DNA of 64,000 bases from Octopus vulgaris (taxonomy: Eukaryota). Positions 37,653 through 50,776 of this stretch are shown piece by piece. The translations under genes were made by a program, and so were the position numbers. Below the pieces are notes generated by a model. It was not told where the DNA came from, searched no databases, and saw only the letters and a program-made list of their open reading frames with translations. Location: NCBI GenBank assembly GCA_951406725.2, contig OX597815.1:164672001-164736000 (forward strand), given 5' to 3'. Each line of letters opens with the position of its first letter. Position 1 is the first letter of the stretch.

Positions 37653-38611
37653 ATATATATATATATATAGTTCAAAATTTTACAAAAGAAAAAGACAGAC
37701 AGGTGAAGGAACAACAAACAAGTTACATTAGTTTGACGCTCAGGAAAAATGGAAGAGTCTTTGATATATATAATAGAAATATATACATATGCCTCACTAC
37801 CACCATTTTTACTGTACATTTCATGTCCGTTGCCAGCCCCGCCTGTATGTTCCATGTCCGTTGCCAGCCCCGCCTGGCACATAAAAAGCACCATCCGTTC
37901 GTGGCCGTTTGCCAGCTCTGTCTGGCACCTGTGCGGGTGGCACGTAAAAAGCACCCACTACACTCATGGAGTGGTTGGCATTAGGAAGGGCATCCAGCCG
38001 TAGAAACTCTGCCAGATTTGACTGGGCCTGATGAAGCCTCCTGGCTTCACAGACCCCAGTAGAACCGTCCAACCCATGCTAGCATGGAAAACGGACGCTA
38101 AACGATGATGATGATGATGATTTGTCACTGTATGTTACTAATCAACACTGTCCTTGGTCATCTCCTTTCTAAACTTCAAATCAGTCTCCATCACTTTGTC
38201 CCAAATCTTCCATAATCTTCTGCAGGTTCCATTCCCTTTGAGGGTTATGCACTTTTTTTATACAACTATTATAAGCATCATTCACAAGCATCACATGCCT
38301 GTACCAATGTAGTCTTCCCTCTTGCACAATATATCTGATTTTCCTTTTGTACAGTTTATACATACATAGATGAAAAAGGGTATATTGAATAACATACAGG
38401 ATGAATTCTAGATTTATTGAAATCATCTCCGCTTCCAAAGAAGGCAGACCAATTGCGTGTTGGCAATTGATATCAGCTCAAAATGAGGAGGGGGAGATAA
38501 TCTGAAGAATCAAGAAGTCTCCAAAATTGTCATGCTATTCAAGAAAAGGCAGTTTGATTGTCTGAAGACAAGAGGACAGATGTAGACTTGTTTCCACCTC
38601 AATAGGTGTCT

Positions 38612-38829
38612 GGCGAGCTGGCAGAAACGTTAGCACACCGGGCGAAATGCTTAGAGGTATTTTGTCTGCCGTTACGTTGTGAGTTCAAATTCCGTCGTGG
38701 TCGACTTTGCCTTTCATCCTTTCGGGGTCAATAAATTAAGTACCAGTTACGCACTGGGGTTGATGTAATCGACTTAATCCGTTGTCTGTCCACTCTATGT
38801 TTAGCTCCTTGTGGGTAGTAAAGAAATAG
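38612..38829 (+). mobile_element. SINE family B monomer
   Basis: Same unit as the 2307-3229 array. Confidence 0.88.
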
Positions 38830-40067
38830 GTGCCTTCACCACAATTATCCTATCTTATTTTCAGCAGACAAGAAACTTAGAGATAAAAAAAAAAAAATCA
38901 GAACACTTTTTATGGCTTATATAATTTGCATAAATGCAGCAAAAATATGCTAAGAGAAGGGCATCCAACTTATAGAGCCAATGCCAAAGCAGACATTGAA
39001 GCATAACAGTCATCCAACTCAATGGACTTTAGCAAACAATCCAATCCATGCCAGCAAGAAAAATGGACATTAAACTGACTTCTATCACATTCTTTCTTAC
39101 TACTAATTCTATGACTATTCATGTAGTAGCATTGGTTTCTTTTATTACATCTGGTCATTATTTCTTCTAGCAGGCTCTTCTATTTCTGTCTTCTACCATC
39201 TTGTCACCTATACACATCTTTCTCCATATTACCTTAGTTCATCTGCACTGACTCTTCTACCCACTTGGCAGGGCCTCACTTTTGAGTGTGCTATATATGT
39301 TTGGGGAGCCTGGTGAGGGAGGCAGGAAAATCAAGGGCTGTGCAGGCAACACCCACTAGTTACGCCACTGCACCTTACCTGATCGAACAGAGACTCGTTT
39401 GTCTTGCAGGTTACAAGGCAACTTCACTAGTGTTGGTGCCATGACAAAAACGTACCCAGGACGCAGACAACAAAGGGTCGAGAGGATCCTTCAACCTTGT
39501 CCGTCGAAGACATGGTAACCTCTGTAATGTTGGTGCAACTACAGCATTGACACACACATACATACATAATCAATATTAGTTTACTAATTCCATTCAGCCG
39601 GTATCAGGCCACTGTTGGATTAAGCCTCAGCATGTCGTTGGCAAGTCAGAGACCTACGTATTTTTGTTTGCTAAATAGGTGGCGGGGGGGGGGGGCATTC
39701 CGCTGGCCGGGTGATTAAGGCCAGGCCGTCGGCACCTAATTTCCAATTTATTGTACTATAATACTGTATACTCAGAGTTAGACAAATCATTAAAATATGA
39801 ACCTCATATATGAAATTCCATATATTACATAAGCTTATAGTAGATTTGAGTAACTTTTCAAAAACAAGAAATAACGCTTAAACATATAACTTCTTTTAAC
39901 CTTGTACATAACATGTAGGGAGCAAAATAAGAAAAAAAAATTATCCCGGACGGAAATGTATATAAGTTTTCATTATAAAATAAAATAAACTGCATAACAG
40001 ACTTCCACTCTCTATGTACATAGGAAAAAAGAATAATAGAGTCAAGAGGACGATAATCGTAACAAAC

Positions 40068-40130
40068 CTGAAACAAGAGAAACTCATCGCACGTGATAGT
40101 CAAATCACTGGAGGTCGCCATATTTGTCAT
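40068..40130 (-). CDS. MIX23: MIX23/CCDC58 exon 1 (MTNMATSSDLTITCDEFLLFQ); the second ATG at 40121 may be the true start
   Basis: Resembles the human CCDC58 N-terminus (CEEFAEFQ). Ends CAG|GTTTGT, phase 0. Confidence 0.9.
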
Positions 40131-40300
40131 TGAACTAACCTTTCGACGAGAATCTGCGGCAAGTTTCTTATAACTTCATAATATTTTTTTGAATACGAAA
40201 AGTTATAGCTTTATTTTATCCTTTCACAATATATTTGACGAACTATATTAGTTTTTAAGCTGATCTGATTTACATAATTACACGCATGCTCAATATCGTT
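40131..40300. promoter_or_regulatory. Putative bidirectional promoter between MIX23 and the importin-alpha leader exon
   Basis: Transposon-free and locally CpG-richer. A YY1-like AANATGGCG overlaps the MIX23 ATG at 40121. An imperfect NRF1-like ACGCATGCTC lies near 40282. Confidence 0.55.
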
Positions 40301-40386
40301 CAGTCGACGAAGATACAGGAATTGCCAAAGCTTATTATTTATTTTGTGGATGTCTTATGAGATTTCTTCGACAGGTGGCCGTCACG
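40295..40386 (+). other. Putative first (leader) exon of the importin-alpha gene; 5' boundary uncertain
   Basis: Strong donor ACG|GTAAGA at 40386/40387. The coding exon at 63741 is directly preceded by an acceptor, so an upstream exon is expected. This is the best promoter-like candidate I found. Confidence 0.55.
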
Positions 40387-43034
40387 GTAAGATTAAAAAA
40401 TAATTGCGAATAACCAGTAAATTATTAGACTTTAACTTATAATTTTATAAAAGAATATTGTCACTGAAAGTCTCCGGTCTCGAGCAATATTCTTGAAATA
40501 ACCGAAGGCTTGATACTTATAATTTTTATATATGCGTCTTAGTCTTATTTCCAAATTTTAGCAGCTTTCCTTTGATATTGTAATAAATCATAATTTTTAA
40601 TTTATTCTCAAACAAACATACTTAAATATAGTAAGATATGTGCATATTTTAAAAATTAGTTTAGACTAAAATCCTATTTATGTATATTAATCTCTTGTGA
40701 TTTAATCTTTCATCGACTCCTATGCTTTAAACGTTTCATTAGAATCTTAATAATTCAATCTGACTTTTTTAAGTAGTAAATCTTTAGAATATCATTCCTT
40801 TATTGATTTATTTTAGTTTATAACAAATAATTTCTTAATTACACACTCACACATTTCTTGATTGCCTTCAGTGAGGATCACACTACTTCAGCAGTGACCA
40901 GACCCCCCACCTTCCCCAATTCCATAATTACTGAATATACCGATTAATTCCTGTTCAAAAAGAAAGATTTTAACAATAACTAACACTCAAGTGATATCGA
41001 TACATCCTTAATTAAGAAGCAATTGCTTTTGTCTTCGCTAAAATTCCTCATTTAAGTAGTCACACCAGAGCTGTAGCCATATTGTTAGTTCCAAGTAAGC
41101 TATGGTCTATAAAGAATGTGCATGGTTATATATATCTCTTGGTAATTTGTCGTTTTATCTAGTCTCTATTTCTGTCTTGTCTTCGAATAATTCTGCAGTT
41201 GTTTCTTTTTTGTTCCTGTATTCTTTATCTACCAATAAAACAATCATACGTATTATATATCCCTGACAATCTATACACTCACACACACACACACAGCACG
41301 TTCCTTAATTTATAAAAGGAAATATATTTGGTAGAATTTTTCTTTTTTATTTTTTTTCAGCGTGAAAATTTAGTCAAACCAGATTTCTTCTTCATCTGTT
41401 TCGTTCCTTAAAACTCTTTTTTTTTTTTTACCGATTTGATATTTTCCCCCACCTCATCTTACTTCACACTATCCGTTTGATATTAAGTAGATTAGATTAG
41501 ATTTAATAGGACTTCATTGATTTATAAATTGCCTGCCACTTTTCTTCCCATCATTTTATAAATCATCGAGTTGTCCTGAGGTTCGGAGCTATATATACAT
41601 TTCTAACATAAATTACATGTGTTCGAATATATTCGGATACTAGATACGTATCACATTTATGTAACATATGCTTCCCCATCTACACACACACATATATATC
41701 AATATATATACCCACACACACACACTCTTTCGTATATATGCATTTAAGCTACGTATTCTAAAGCTACACGGCAGGCAGTTTGCGTCGATGCATGTATGAT
41801 ACAACGTATCATTCACTCTTCACTTCATTATTTTCTTCACCTTATTTTTACTCTTCTGTTAATAGTTCACAATTTTAAGCTTTTTTCTTTTGCTTTTTTA
41901 AATAAAAATTTCTAAGGATACGGGTGCATAAAAACGTTTTTTTTTTAATGAATTTCTTTGTAAAAAAAAAAAATTTCCGACATTTCCGTATATTGTTAGT
42001 TTTCACTTCCTATAATTATGTCACAAGATAAAACTTACAGCAATGACTAAATGATGAAATATTTAAAGACATTTTGGCGTAGCTGTCTTATTTTGGAAGT
42101 CTTTGTTCTTCGCATTTTTTTTTTTTTTTTTTTTGGCAAAATCTTTAGGCCAATTCGTTTAAAATTCTACTGAAAAATATCCACGATTGTTTTTCATTGA
42201 CCATAAAAGATAAAGGATAACACTTTAACTAAATAACAAGGATCCAAGAGGCAAATAATGCATATATCTAGTTTTTATAGTATGGAGACAACTCTCCTTT
42301 TGAATAGGATCCTGGTCTATATTAGGAGTAGTTTCTTCAGCTGAAGGAATCATACAGGCACAAATTATTCATTCTCACAGGACATTTACCGTTTCAAACA
42401 GTGGGTATATTATTACCTGTGGTTATAAGCTAACCAAGAATACTTTAAGTGGTCGCTAAAAATAACTGCCAAATATTCCTCATATCAATCTTCTGCTTTA
42501 CATATGGATAGTATACATTAGATGATATAGTCCTATGTATACTAAAAGAGACAGGATGGTCATGATTGGAATGCTTTTGATCATAAGTTTGCTCGGTGAG
42601 GTTTTAATTGGGGTGAACAACTTCGAACTACGTGTTTGGCAAAGTTCACAAATGCTAAGTGTCTCTGACAGAATAGGAAACAAGTTTCTCTCAGCTGGTT
42701 GGCCTGTATCCAAAGTAACTCGTGTTATCTGTGTTCTCTTTTATGCCACAATCAAAATTGTCTAAAACACATTGCTCTCCTTGTTTCTTTTATCACCCTA
42801 GAATAATGTAGATAATTGCATATCATGATTAAGATTTATATTAAAAAGGATACAAAACTAGTTTACTCTTTATTAAACAAGCATAGGAATTGTTGAAGAG
42901 GCTGCCTTGGCCACAATATGATGATAGAGATAATAGTAGTTGGGTTGGTCGTACAAACACTTAAACATTCGAAGTTAGAATGTTCAAACAAAAGGAACTA
43001 ACCTAGTATTATACTAAAAATGACCATCATCATT

Positions 43035-44525
43035 ATCGCCATCATACGTCTGTTTCCGTGCTGGCATGGGTTAAACGGTTTGACTGGAGCTGATAAGCCA
43101 GAGAGCTGAACCTGCTCCAGTCATCTGTTTGGGTTTGGTTTCTACAACTGGATGCCCTTCCTAACGCTAACCACTTTACAGGGTGTACTGGGTGTTTTTT
43201 ATGTGTCACTGGTACTGGTTCCATTTACGCATCACCGACATGGTTCCCCTTTATGCATCACCGGCATGGTCTCCCTTTATGCATCACCAGCACGGTCTCC
43301 CTTTATGCATCACCGGCACGGTTTCCCTTTATGCATCACTGGCACGGTTTCCCTTTACACATCACCAGCACGGTTTCCCTTTACACATCACCAGCACGGT
43401 TTCCCTTTACACATCACCAGCACGGTTTCCCTTTACACGTCACCTGCACGGGTTCCCTTTTTGTGTGACTAAAGCAATGACCACAATCCCCATAGCTTGA
43501 TGTATATTCTCAAGCAGAGCAAATCACCTGAAGTCTCGGTCACTTGTCATTGCCTCCATGAGGCTCAACAACTGAAAATCATATTTCCTCCCCTCTCGTC
43601 CCACATCTTCCTGGATCTACCCCTTCCCCACGTTCACTCCACGATTAGAGATTGGCACTTTGCACAGCTGTCTTTATCTATACATATCACATGGCCATAC
43701 TAGTGCATTCTTCTCTCTTGCACACTACATCTGAAGTCTCTTATACTCAGTTTTTCTTTTAAAACATTTGCACTGTCACACATCCAGTAGAGCATGCTGG
43801 GTTCATTTCTTCCAAGCTTTTGCATGTCCTCTGTAGTCACAGCCCATGTTTCACTACCATGTAGCATGACTGTTGAAACAAGCATCATACAATCTGCCTT
43901 TCTGACAGAGAGGCTCTTTGTTACCAACAAAGTAGAAGTTCTCTGAACTTTGCCCAGCCTGTTCTTATTCTAACAGCTACACTGTCAGAGCATCCTCCTC
44001 CACTGCTGACTTGGTCGCCTAAGTAACAAAAGCTATCTACTACTTCTTAGTATCCCACTAGGCATTTGAGGAAATCTATTTTCTGTACATTTTTAGTGTA
44101 TATTGTACCTGCACATCTGCCACACACAAAAACTAACCACTTCCTCTGACACTGCTCATAACTTGCACTGGGTATACCTTATGGAGTTTCTACCTACACC
44201 TTTTCTACATATCGAGCAGGGCCATCTCCCTGAACAGATTTGTGATTTGTCTGCGTTCCTACTTAGAACTTTGGTCTTTACTAAATTAACTCTAAGGCCC
44301 TTTGGTTCCAGACCTTGCTTCCACACCTGAAATTTCTTCTCCAATTTTAGTAGTGATTCAGCTATAAGAACAAGGTATCAACATGGAGGAACTCCCAAGG
44401 GTAGCCAGTTAAATTCCTCTGTTATGTCCTGGAGGACTTTGACGAACAAGAGAGAGCTGAAAACTAAACCTTGGTGAACTCCTACCTGTACGCTAAATTC
44501 ATTGCTACACTCATTGCTGACTTTC
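43035..44525 (-). mobile_element. RTE-like LINE 3' half with a 26-bp minisatellite (43199-43461)
   Basis: WPCSICRKGVGRNSIR and MLHGSETWAVT remnants, tail, and about 10 copies of CATCACCAGCACGGTTTCCCTTTACA. Confidence 0.88.
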
Positions 44526-44529
44526 ACTT

Positions 44530-45335
44530 TACTGTGTGCGAACAGCTATGCTGCATGGCAGTGAAGAGGAATTAGATGTGTGCAAGAGAGACAACTGCGC
44601 TGGGTTGGTCATATGATGCATATGGATGAGGGCAGTTGTGTAAAGAAGTGCTGAACTCTGTGGAAGGATCCTGTGGTAAAGATAGACCCAGGAAAACATA
44701 AGATGATGTGGTGAAGCATGACCTTCAAACTTTGAACCTCGCAGAGGCAATGACTAATGACCAAGATCTTTGGTCATGTGCTCTGCTTAAGAGGACCCAT
44801 CTAGCGAAGTGCATCCATGCTGGTAGCACATAAACAAAAAATCAACCATTGAACATTGGGCCTGATGGAGGAAAAGTGGCTGAGTACCTTTCGAGCATTG
44901 GACTTCATGGAGACAAAATGGCTGAGTTCCTTTTGAGTGTTGGACCTCACAGAGGTGAGATGGCTGAGTTCCTTTCAAGTGGGCCTCACATAGGCGAGGT
45001 GGCTGAGTTCCTTTTGGGCATTGGGCTTTATGGAGGCAAAGTAGCTGAGCTTCTTTTGAGTGTTGGGCCTCATGGTGGTAATGATCAAGACCTTTGGCAT
45101 TGTGCTTGAGAAAACCCATGAAGCTGAGCAAAATCAGTCATGGCAGATACCGGTGTCACGCAAGAGGCACTCATGCCAGTGGCGCATAAAAGCACCCATT
45201 ACGCTCTTGGAGTGGTTGGCGTTAGGAAAGGCGTCCGGCCATAGAAAATCTTGACAAATCAGACTGGATCCTGGCACAGCCTTCCAGAGTGCCAGCATGG
45301 ACAACAGATGTTAAATGATGATGATGATGATGATG
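44530..45335 (+). mobile_element. RTE-like LINE 3' end inserted in the opposite orientation, with a 42-bp tandem repeat (44851-45085)
   Basis: MLHGSE start and (GAT)n tail. The host RT resumes on the minus strand at about 45337-45470. Confidence 0.8.
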
Positions 45336-45602
45336 GTAGCATCCCTGTACATGGCTTGTACAGCTCTCACCAACTATTAGCAGGGTACCATGTCAAAAAG
45401 TCTTTCTCCATATCAACAAAAGCCAAGTACAGAGGTTTATTTTTGGCTAAATACTTCTCCTGGAGTAGCCTTTAGTAAAAAGTAAGTCAGAAATATGACA
45501 CGGTACAGAAAGTTATTAAATACCTTATAAATCAATATGCAAAGGTTGTCAGAATATACATTCAAATAACCCTTGTAAATTCAATTGGTACAAACATCTC
45601 TC

Positions 45603-45975
45603 TCTATATATATATATAAACGGCAAAATGTCTGTCTGTGTGTGTGTGTATCCTTTGTACAATCCACAATTTTTCAGTTAGAGGGCTCCCACTTTCTATG
45701 GTCATTCAAAACCATCCAAGGGTGGTTGTGCACATCTTTACATTTTCCCAGTAACCCCGCAAAGCCATTAAAAAATCAATAGAAGTGACTTTTTTGTGAA
45801 TTTTCTATCCAAAACCCAATCAAAATGCCCGAAACTTGATACGCCAATTGAATGCCAGCTAGCTGTATGTGATTGGTCAGAGATTTGGACAGTACTCGCG
45901 TGTATGTGCGCACGCACGCAGCTGTATATGCATGCACTAGCACTATGACCTGGCATTGCCAGGTCATAGTGCTAG
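45603..45975 (+). mobile_element. Non-autonomous Helitron with a perfect terminal palindrome
   Basis: TCTATATATATATATAAA 5' end and a CTAG|T 3' end inside a 41-bp palindrome. Confidence 0.8.
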
Positions 45976-46399
45976 TTAGTTTTATTCAAATATGTCATAA
46001 TGAAGAAAGTCAACTGTGAGCAGAAAGAATCAGAAGGCAATAATTTCTTGTTATGTTCTAATAAAACAATTTATTTTACAGACTTTTAGAACTCTGAACA
46101 ATTGTGTGCAACAGAGACTTTTAATGTGTTCAAACATGAAATTTTAGACCTCAGTCTGACGAGAATATAGTGAAAGACCTGAATAGATTTGGTTTCTCTT
46201 ACTACATATTTACACGAGTTCAATTGCCTTTAAGATGAAGCTGGATCTAAATTCCATAGTACAGACGCTAGTACTGCTGAAACGACCAAATTCTACAAGC
46301 CAATTAAATTTATATAATAAACTCATACAACTTGAATGTCAAGTGAAAAATTGGGTATAGTCAGTATTGTTCCAAAAGTCTGTGAAATAAATTGTTTTA

Positions 46400-46875
46400 T
46401 TGTCTTACTACAAGCCTTACCAGAATATAGCATCAGTAGTGCTTCTCTCTTTCATGAAACCAAAGTGCATTTCATCTAGACTAGCTCTCTTCTTAATTAG
46501 TTAAGCTATGAACCTCTCTGAAACTTGGTCCATCACCTGGTCCAGCAATTTTATACTTCTGTAGTTATTTCTGTGTATGTGTCACCTTTACTTTTGTAGC
46601 AGTTAACTATAATGCTGATACACCAGTCATTGGAAATGACTCTAGTGTCAACAACCTGATTAACTATGCAGGTGACTAGGCCTATCCCATTCTGCCAGAT
46701 ATCTTAAGTATTTCAGCAGTGATTCTTGATGAACTGGGGGATTTCCCTGTCTTCATATCCTTAATTGCTTTATTTTCCAAGCTACTGTCTATTCAGATTG
46801 CTGGATCCACATTAGGCAGACTCTCTTGTTCCCATTGCATTCTCTACATTTAGCATCCTTTCATAGTGACACTTC
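46400..46875 (-). mobile_element. RTE-like LINE RT N-terminal fragment
   Basis: KAIKDMKTGKSPSSSRITAEILK and ISNDWC on the minus strand. Confidence 0.75.
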
Positions 46876-48249
46876 CAAGCCCGCAGAATCACTAACTGCA
46901 AATGAACCCTCATCCATGCGAACACACTTCTCTCCAACCACATTGCATTTGGAAACACATTTCCTGAATCTACAAATATTAGGAATATGTTGTTAGTGTT
47001 GTACTTAGTAAGAATAGTTTCCATCCCTATTTTTATTTTTAAGTTTCTTTTTAGCTAGTATTAGGGTAGGGATTATTTAAAGTTGCTTATATGTTAGTAT
47101 CTTTATGTACTCTGTGCAAAAAGCAAACTAGTTATTTCAACTGAATTGCATTGATTAGCATGAAGTCACTCACATACAGTAACAGACATGTTGACTCCTC
47201 CCCCGCTTTTTGTATCACTACAACAGAGGCCTCTGTTTCATGCAACCTCCTTCACTCAAATACTCCCAATTTGCTTGCCTCTTCTCTATTCATCACCTAT
47301 CTTCTGTCGATTCCAATTTCTTGTACTAACCACTACATTGAGTTCATCCTACTCAGAACATCAGCCCTCTGCAGATGCTCGATAATCCTATGAATCTCAT
47401 TAGTCTTAGCAGAGGCCAGTAAAGACCACAGGCACAGTCTCTCTTGCCATACCAAAACAATAAAATATATAAATATATATTTAAACATCATGAGAAAGTA
47501 CATAAATTTATGTTCTAGGCAAATAGCAAAAAAAAAAAAAAAAAATGGATTGAAATCATAACTGACTTAAGTTATTGGTAGGTAACATGACAGATATTAT
47601 CATATCTACAAATACCTCATAATTAAGATTAATTGATAGATCTGATGTCAGCTAACAGTCATTGTACTTGTAGGAGACAACTTCAGTTGTCATGTTGGAA
47701 GATAGAAGGGATACCCTAATGCTTGTTATACTATATAACTTTTGAACTTTAGTGATTCAAATATTTTCATCAAAAGCATGTAATTTAAAAAAGCCTACTT
47801 GTCTAATAGATTAGATGGTACTGAGTTTGAAAATTCCCCCATTCAAACAATACACAGAAGTAGGGTTTGTTTTCTTTCCTCATTTAGTTGGCCATATTTC
47901 AGATGCTAATGAATATTGTAAATATCAACTATCTATATCAATTGACCTACGGTGAAAGGCAGTAATATCAAACATCTAACAGAAAGTCAGGTTTCAAACC
48001 AGCATGATAACACCTAACATTCAAACACTGGCATCTATAATACTCCATCCTACCTAGAACATATCACATACCAAGCTGGTCTGAGCTAAAGTCCAACTCC
48101 TCACCAAACCTACTCCAATAAAGAAATATGGACCATAGCCAAAGAATCGCCAGGTTAACGAGTACTTAGCAATACAAAAAGAACTCTTACCATTATGAAC
48201 TAAAACTAATACTGAGTGAAGAAAGCCTTTAGTTTTGTAAAATGATGCT

Positions 48250-48790
48250 CTCTTACTTTACTCTGAGTAATTATTATGAGGGACATCCAGTTGTGGTGGT
48301 TCACTGCACTTACCCCAGGATCATTTGTCCCTCACTTTGTTATAGATGATCCATTTTTCATCCCCCGTCACCATTCTCTTAAAAAAAGAATTGTCTTCTT
48401 CACATTTCTGCAATGATTTACAGATAGAAATCCATTAGTTGAGGTTAGCCTCATTCAACTGATGTGGGCCCTAAACATCAAGCCTGTTGATATAACCAAG
48501 TTGATGAGGATGGTTTTCAAAAATTGATTTTGGTATTTGGAGTATATCTGTGATCATCCTGGTCATGTAACAGGGGTTGGTGTCAACTTTTTCATTTTGT
48601 CGCTGTAAATCTCAGTTGGCCAGCAAGGACTGAAAACTTTCCTGATCAACTTCTTGAAAACCACTTCTGGCACACATATTCCATAACAGCATGCTCTCTG
48701 TACACAGTGCATATCTTCCTGCAGGTTTCTGTTACTTTCTTGCACTTTTTTTAAAATAAAAAGTGCATGAGGTGTCAATAATGTTCATTT
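48250..48790 (-). pseudogene. Degenerate mariner transposase
   Basis: RMVTGDEKWIIYN motif at about 48380-48340, with an upstream HTH-like remnant. Confidence 0.8.
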
Positions 48791-50710
48791 TAGTCCTCCA
48801 TTTTTCAGGGTGATCCCAAGCACACATAATAAAACCTGTCTCCATGCAAGTTCATGTCAAACTTTGTTGAAGTGTAAAGTCTCTAATGGGTGTACATGCA
48901 CAAGGAACAAACTCTCTGGCCAAAACAGTAGCATTTTAACAGCATTGCTGAACAGAGTTCAACACACTCTATATTTGCTATCGAGATATTGAAAGTGTCA
49001 GGCCACGTAGCTGTTATGCTTGTTAGTCAGAGCAGGAAGGTGTTATCTTCAGTAGTTGATCTAACAAACAGACATCATCATTGTTGTTTTTTAACATCCT
49101 CTTATCCATACTTGCCTGGACTAGACGGAATTTATTGAGGCAGATTTTCTATACCCAGATGCCATCAACCCTCACCTAATTACTAGCAAATTAATATTTC
49201 CCCATTGTTAAACATGTTTTTCTCAGAAAATTGGAAATAAACATTTCTATGATGGTGATATGTTCCTCTATAACCATCATGGGATGTCAGTACGAGGAAG
49301 ACACACATACACACACAACAGGCTTCTTTCAGTTTCTATCTACCAGATCCACTCAAAAGGCTTTGGTTAGCCTGGGACTATAGTAGAAGACACTCATGGC
49401 ACTGTACAGTGAGACTGAACCCAAAACCATATGGTTAGGATCCAAGCTTCTTTACTGCACAGCAATGCCTGCTATAACAGTGTCATGATTAAATACTGCA
49501 AAGGTAAATGAGAATGTAGTGGAGGGGAGCATTTACAGAGACCCTAACCCCTTTAGCATTTAGATTACTCTGCCAAATATAATGCTTGTTTATTCACATT
49601 GTTATGAATTAATCATACATTATTTCAAAGCTTCAAGAGGTTGGTGATATGATTGTTTATTTTTAGAATGACATAGGATAGTTGTGAAAGCTGTATCTGG
49701 CTGGTTTAAACTTGAATATTAGGGCCTGATATGGCCAGTTTAAATGCTAAAGGGTGAACCTGATGGACCAAGTTTTGAAAGTAATTAAGAGAGTGTTAAC
49801 AAAGTTGATATGATTACGTTAGCTTGTAAGAGTGTAGTTTTAATTTAAGGTGGAATGGGGAACCTCTGTTAGACATTTGCAATGGGATTTTTTTTTTTTT
49901 AGGCTTTATGTTTGTATATCAGGAAAAAAATTTTAACAGTACTAAGAAAACTGTGCAAGACTGTGTATTTGTAGTGATTTCAATGAAGGATTTTGATGTA
50001 TCAGTACATGATCATCAGCTTCCCGTTCATTATAGTTTGTGAGGTTATAACACAAGAGTTAAGAACTGGTTTTCATGGAGAATTTTTTTGTAATTTGATC
50101 GCTTAGTCTAGAATTCCTGAAAGATGTACAAATGGTGTAAATGACCAACATGTCAAAAACCAAAATGCTGGTTAGTAACAGGAAACAAACTAACTTAATA
50201 CTGAGTATGTGCAAAATAACTAGTACACTAAGAGTAACTAACCATGGGGGACACATGATCTGTTCAGATGATTGACTAGATGTAGTTAGTAATTTGTTAC
50301 CTAACTGTTATAATTACTGCAGAGTGTTGGTGAAAGTATAACTGAGAGTAGGAAGGTTTTTAGAGAAAAGGAAGCTGTGTCTCACAACGCATTTCTGACT
50401 GTGCAACATAGCTGATTCTGAGAGAAAGAGACAAGTATTTTATTTATTCACTGAAAAGATGAAAGACAATCTTAACTTCAGTGGGATTTGAGTGCAAAGA
50501 TGTGGAACAACCTCAGCAAAGTATTGTAGCTACTGCTTTTATAACTCAGCTTTTCTCTTGCATGCCCCTGAACAGTCTCATTTTGCCTTCTAATTCATTG
50601 TTTCTCTTTTTAATGCATTTTGGTCCTTGGCCAAATTCTTCACCTAAACTAGGAAATAACCCATGATATCAGATTCTCAAATGAAAGGCATGTGGCTCCC
50701 AGATGAATAA

Positions 50711-50741
<31 letters not shown>

Positions 50742-50742
50742 A

Positions 50743-50776
<34 letters not shown>

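Noticed and set aside
39680-39740. GC-rich stretch considered as an HDV-like ribozyme
   Set aside because: The nested double-pseudoknot pairings could not be built.
39858-40067. Continuation of the 90-aa ORF beyond FQ
   Set aside because: It is read-through into intron 1; CCDC58 similarity stops at the GT donor.
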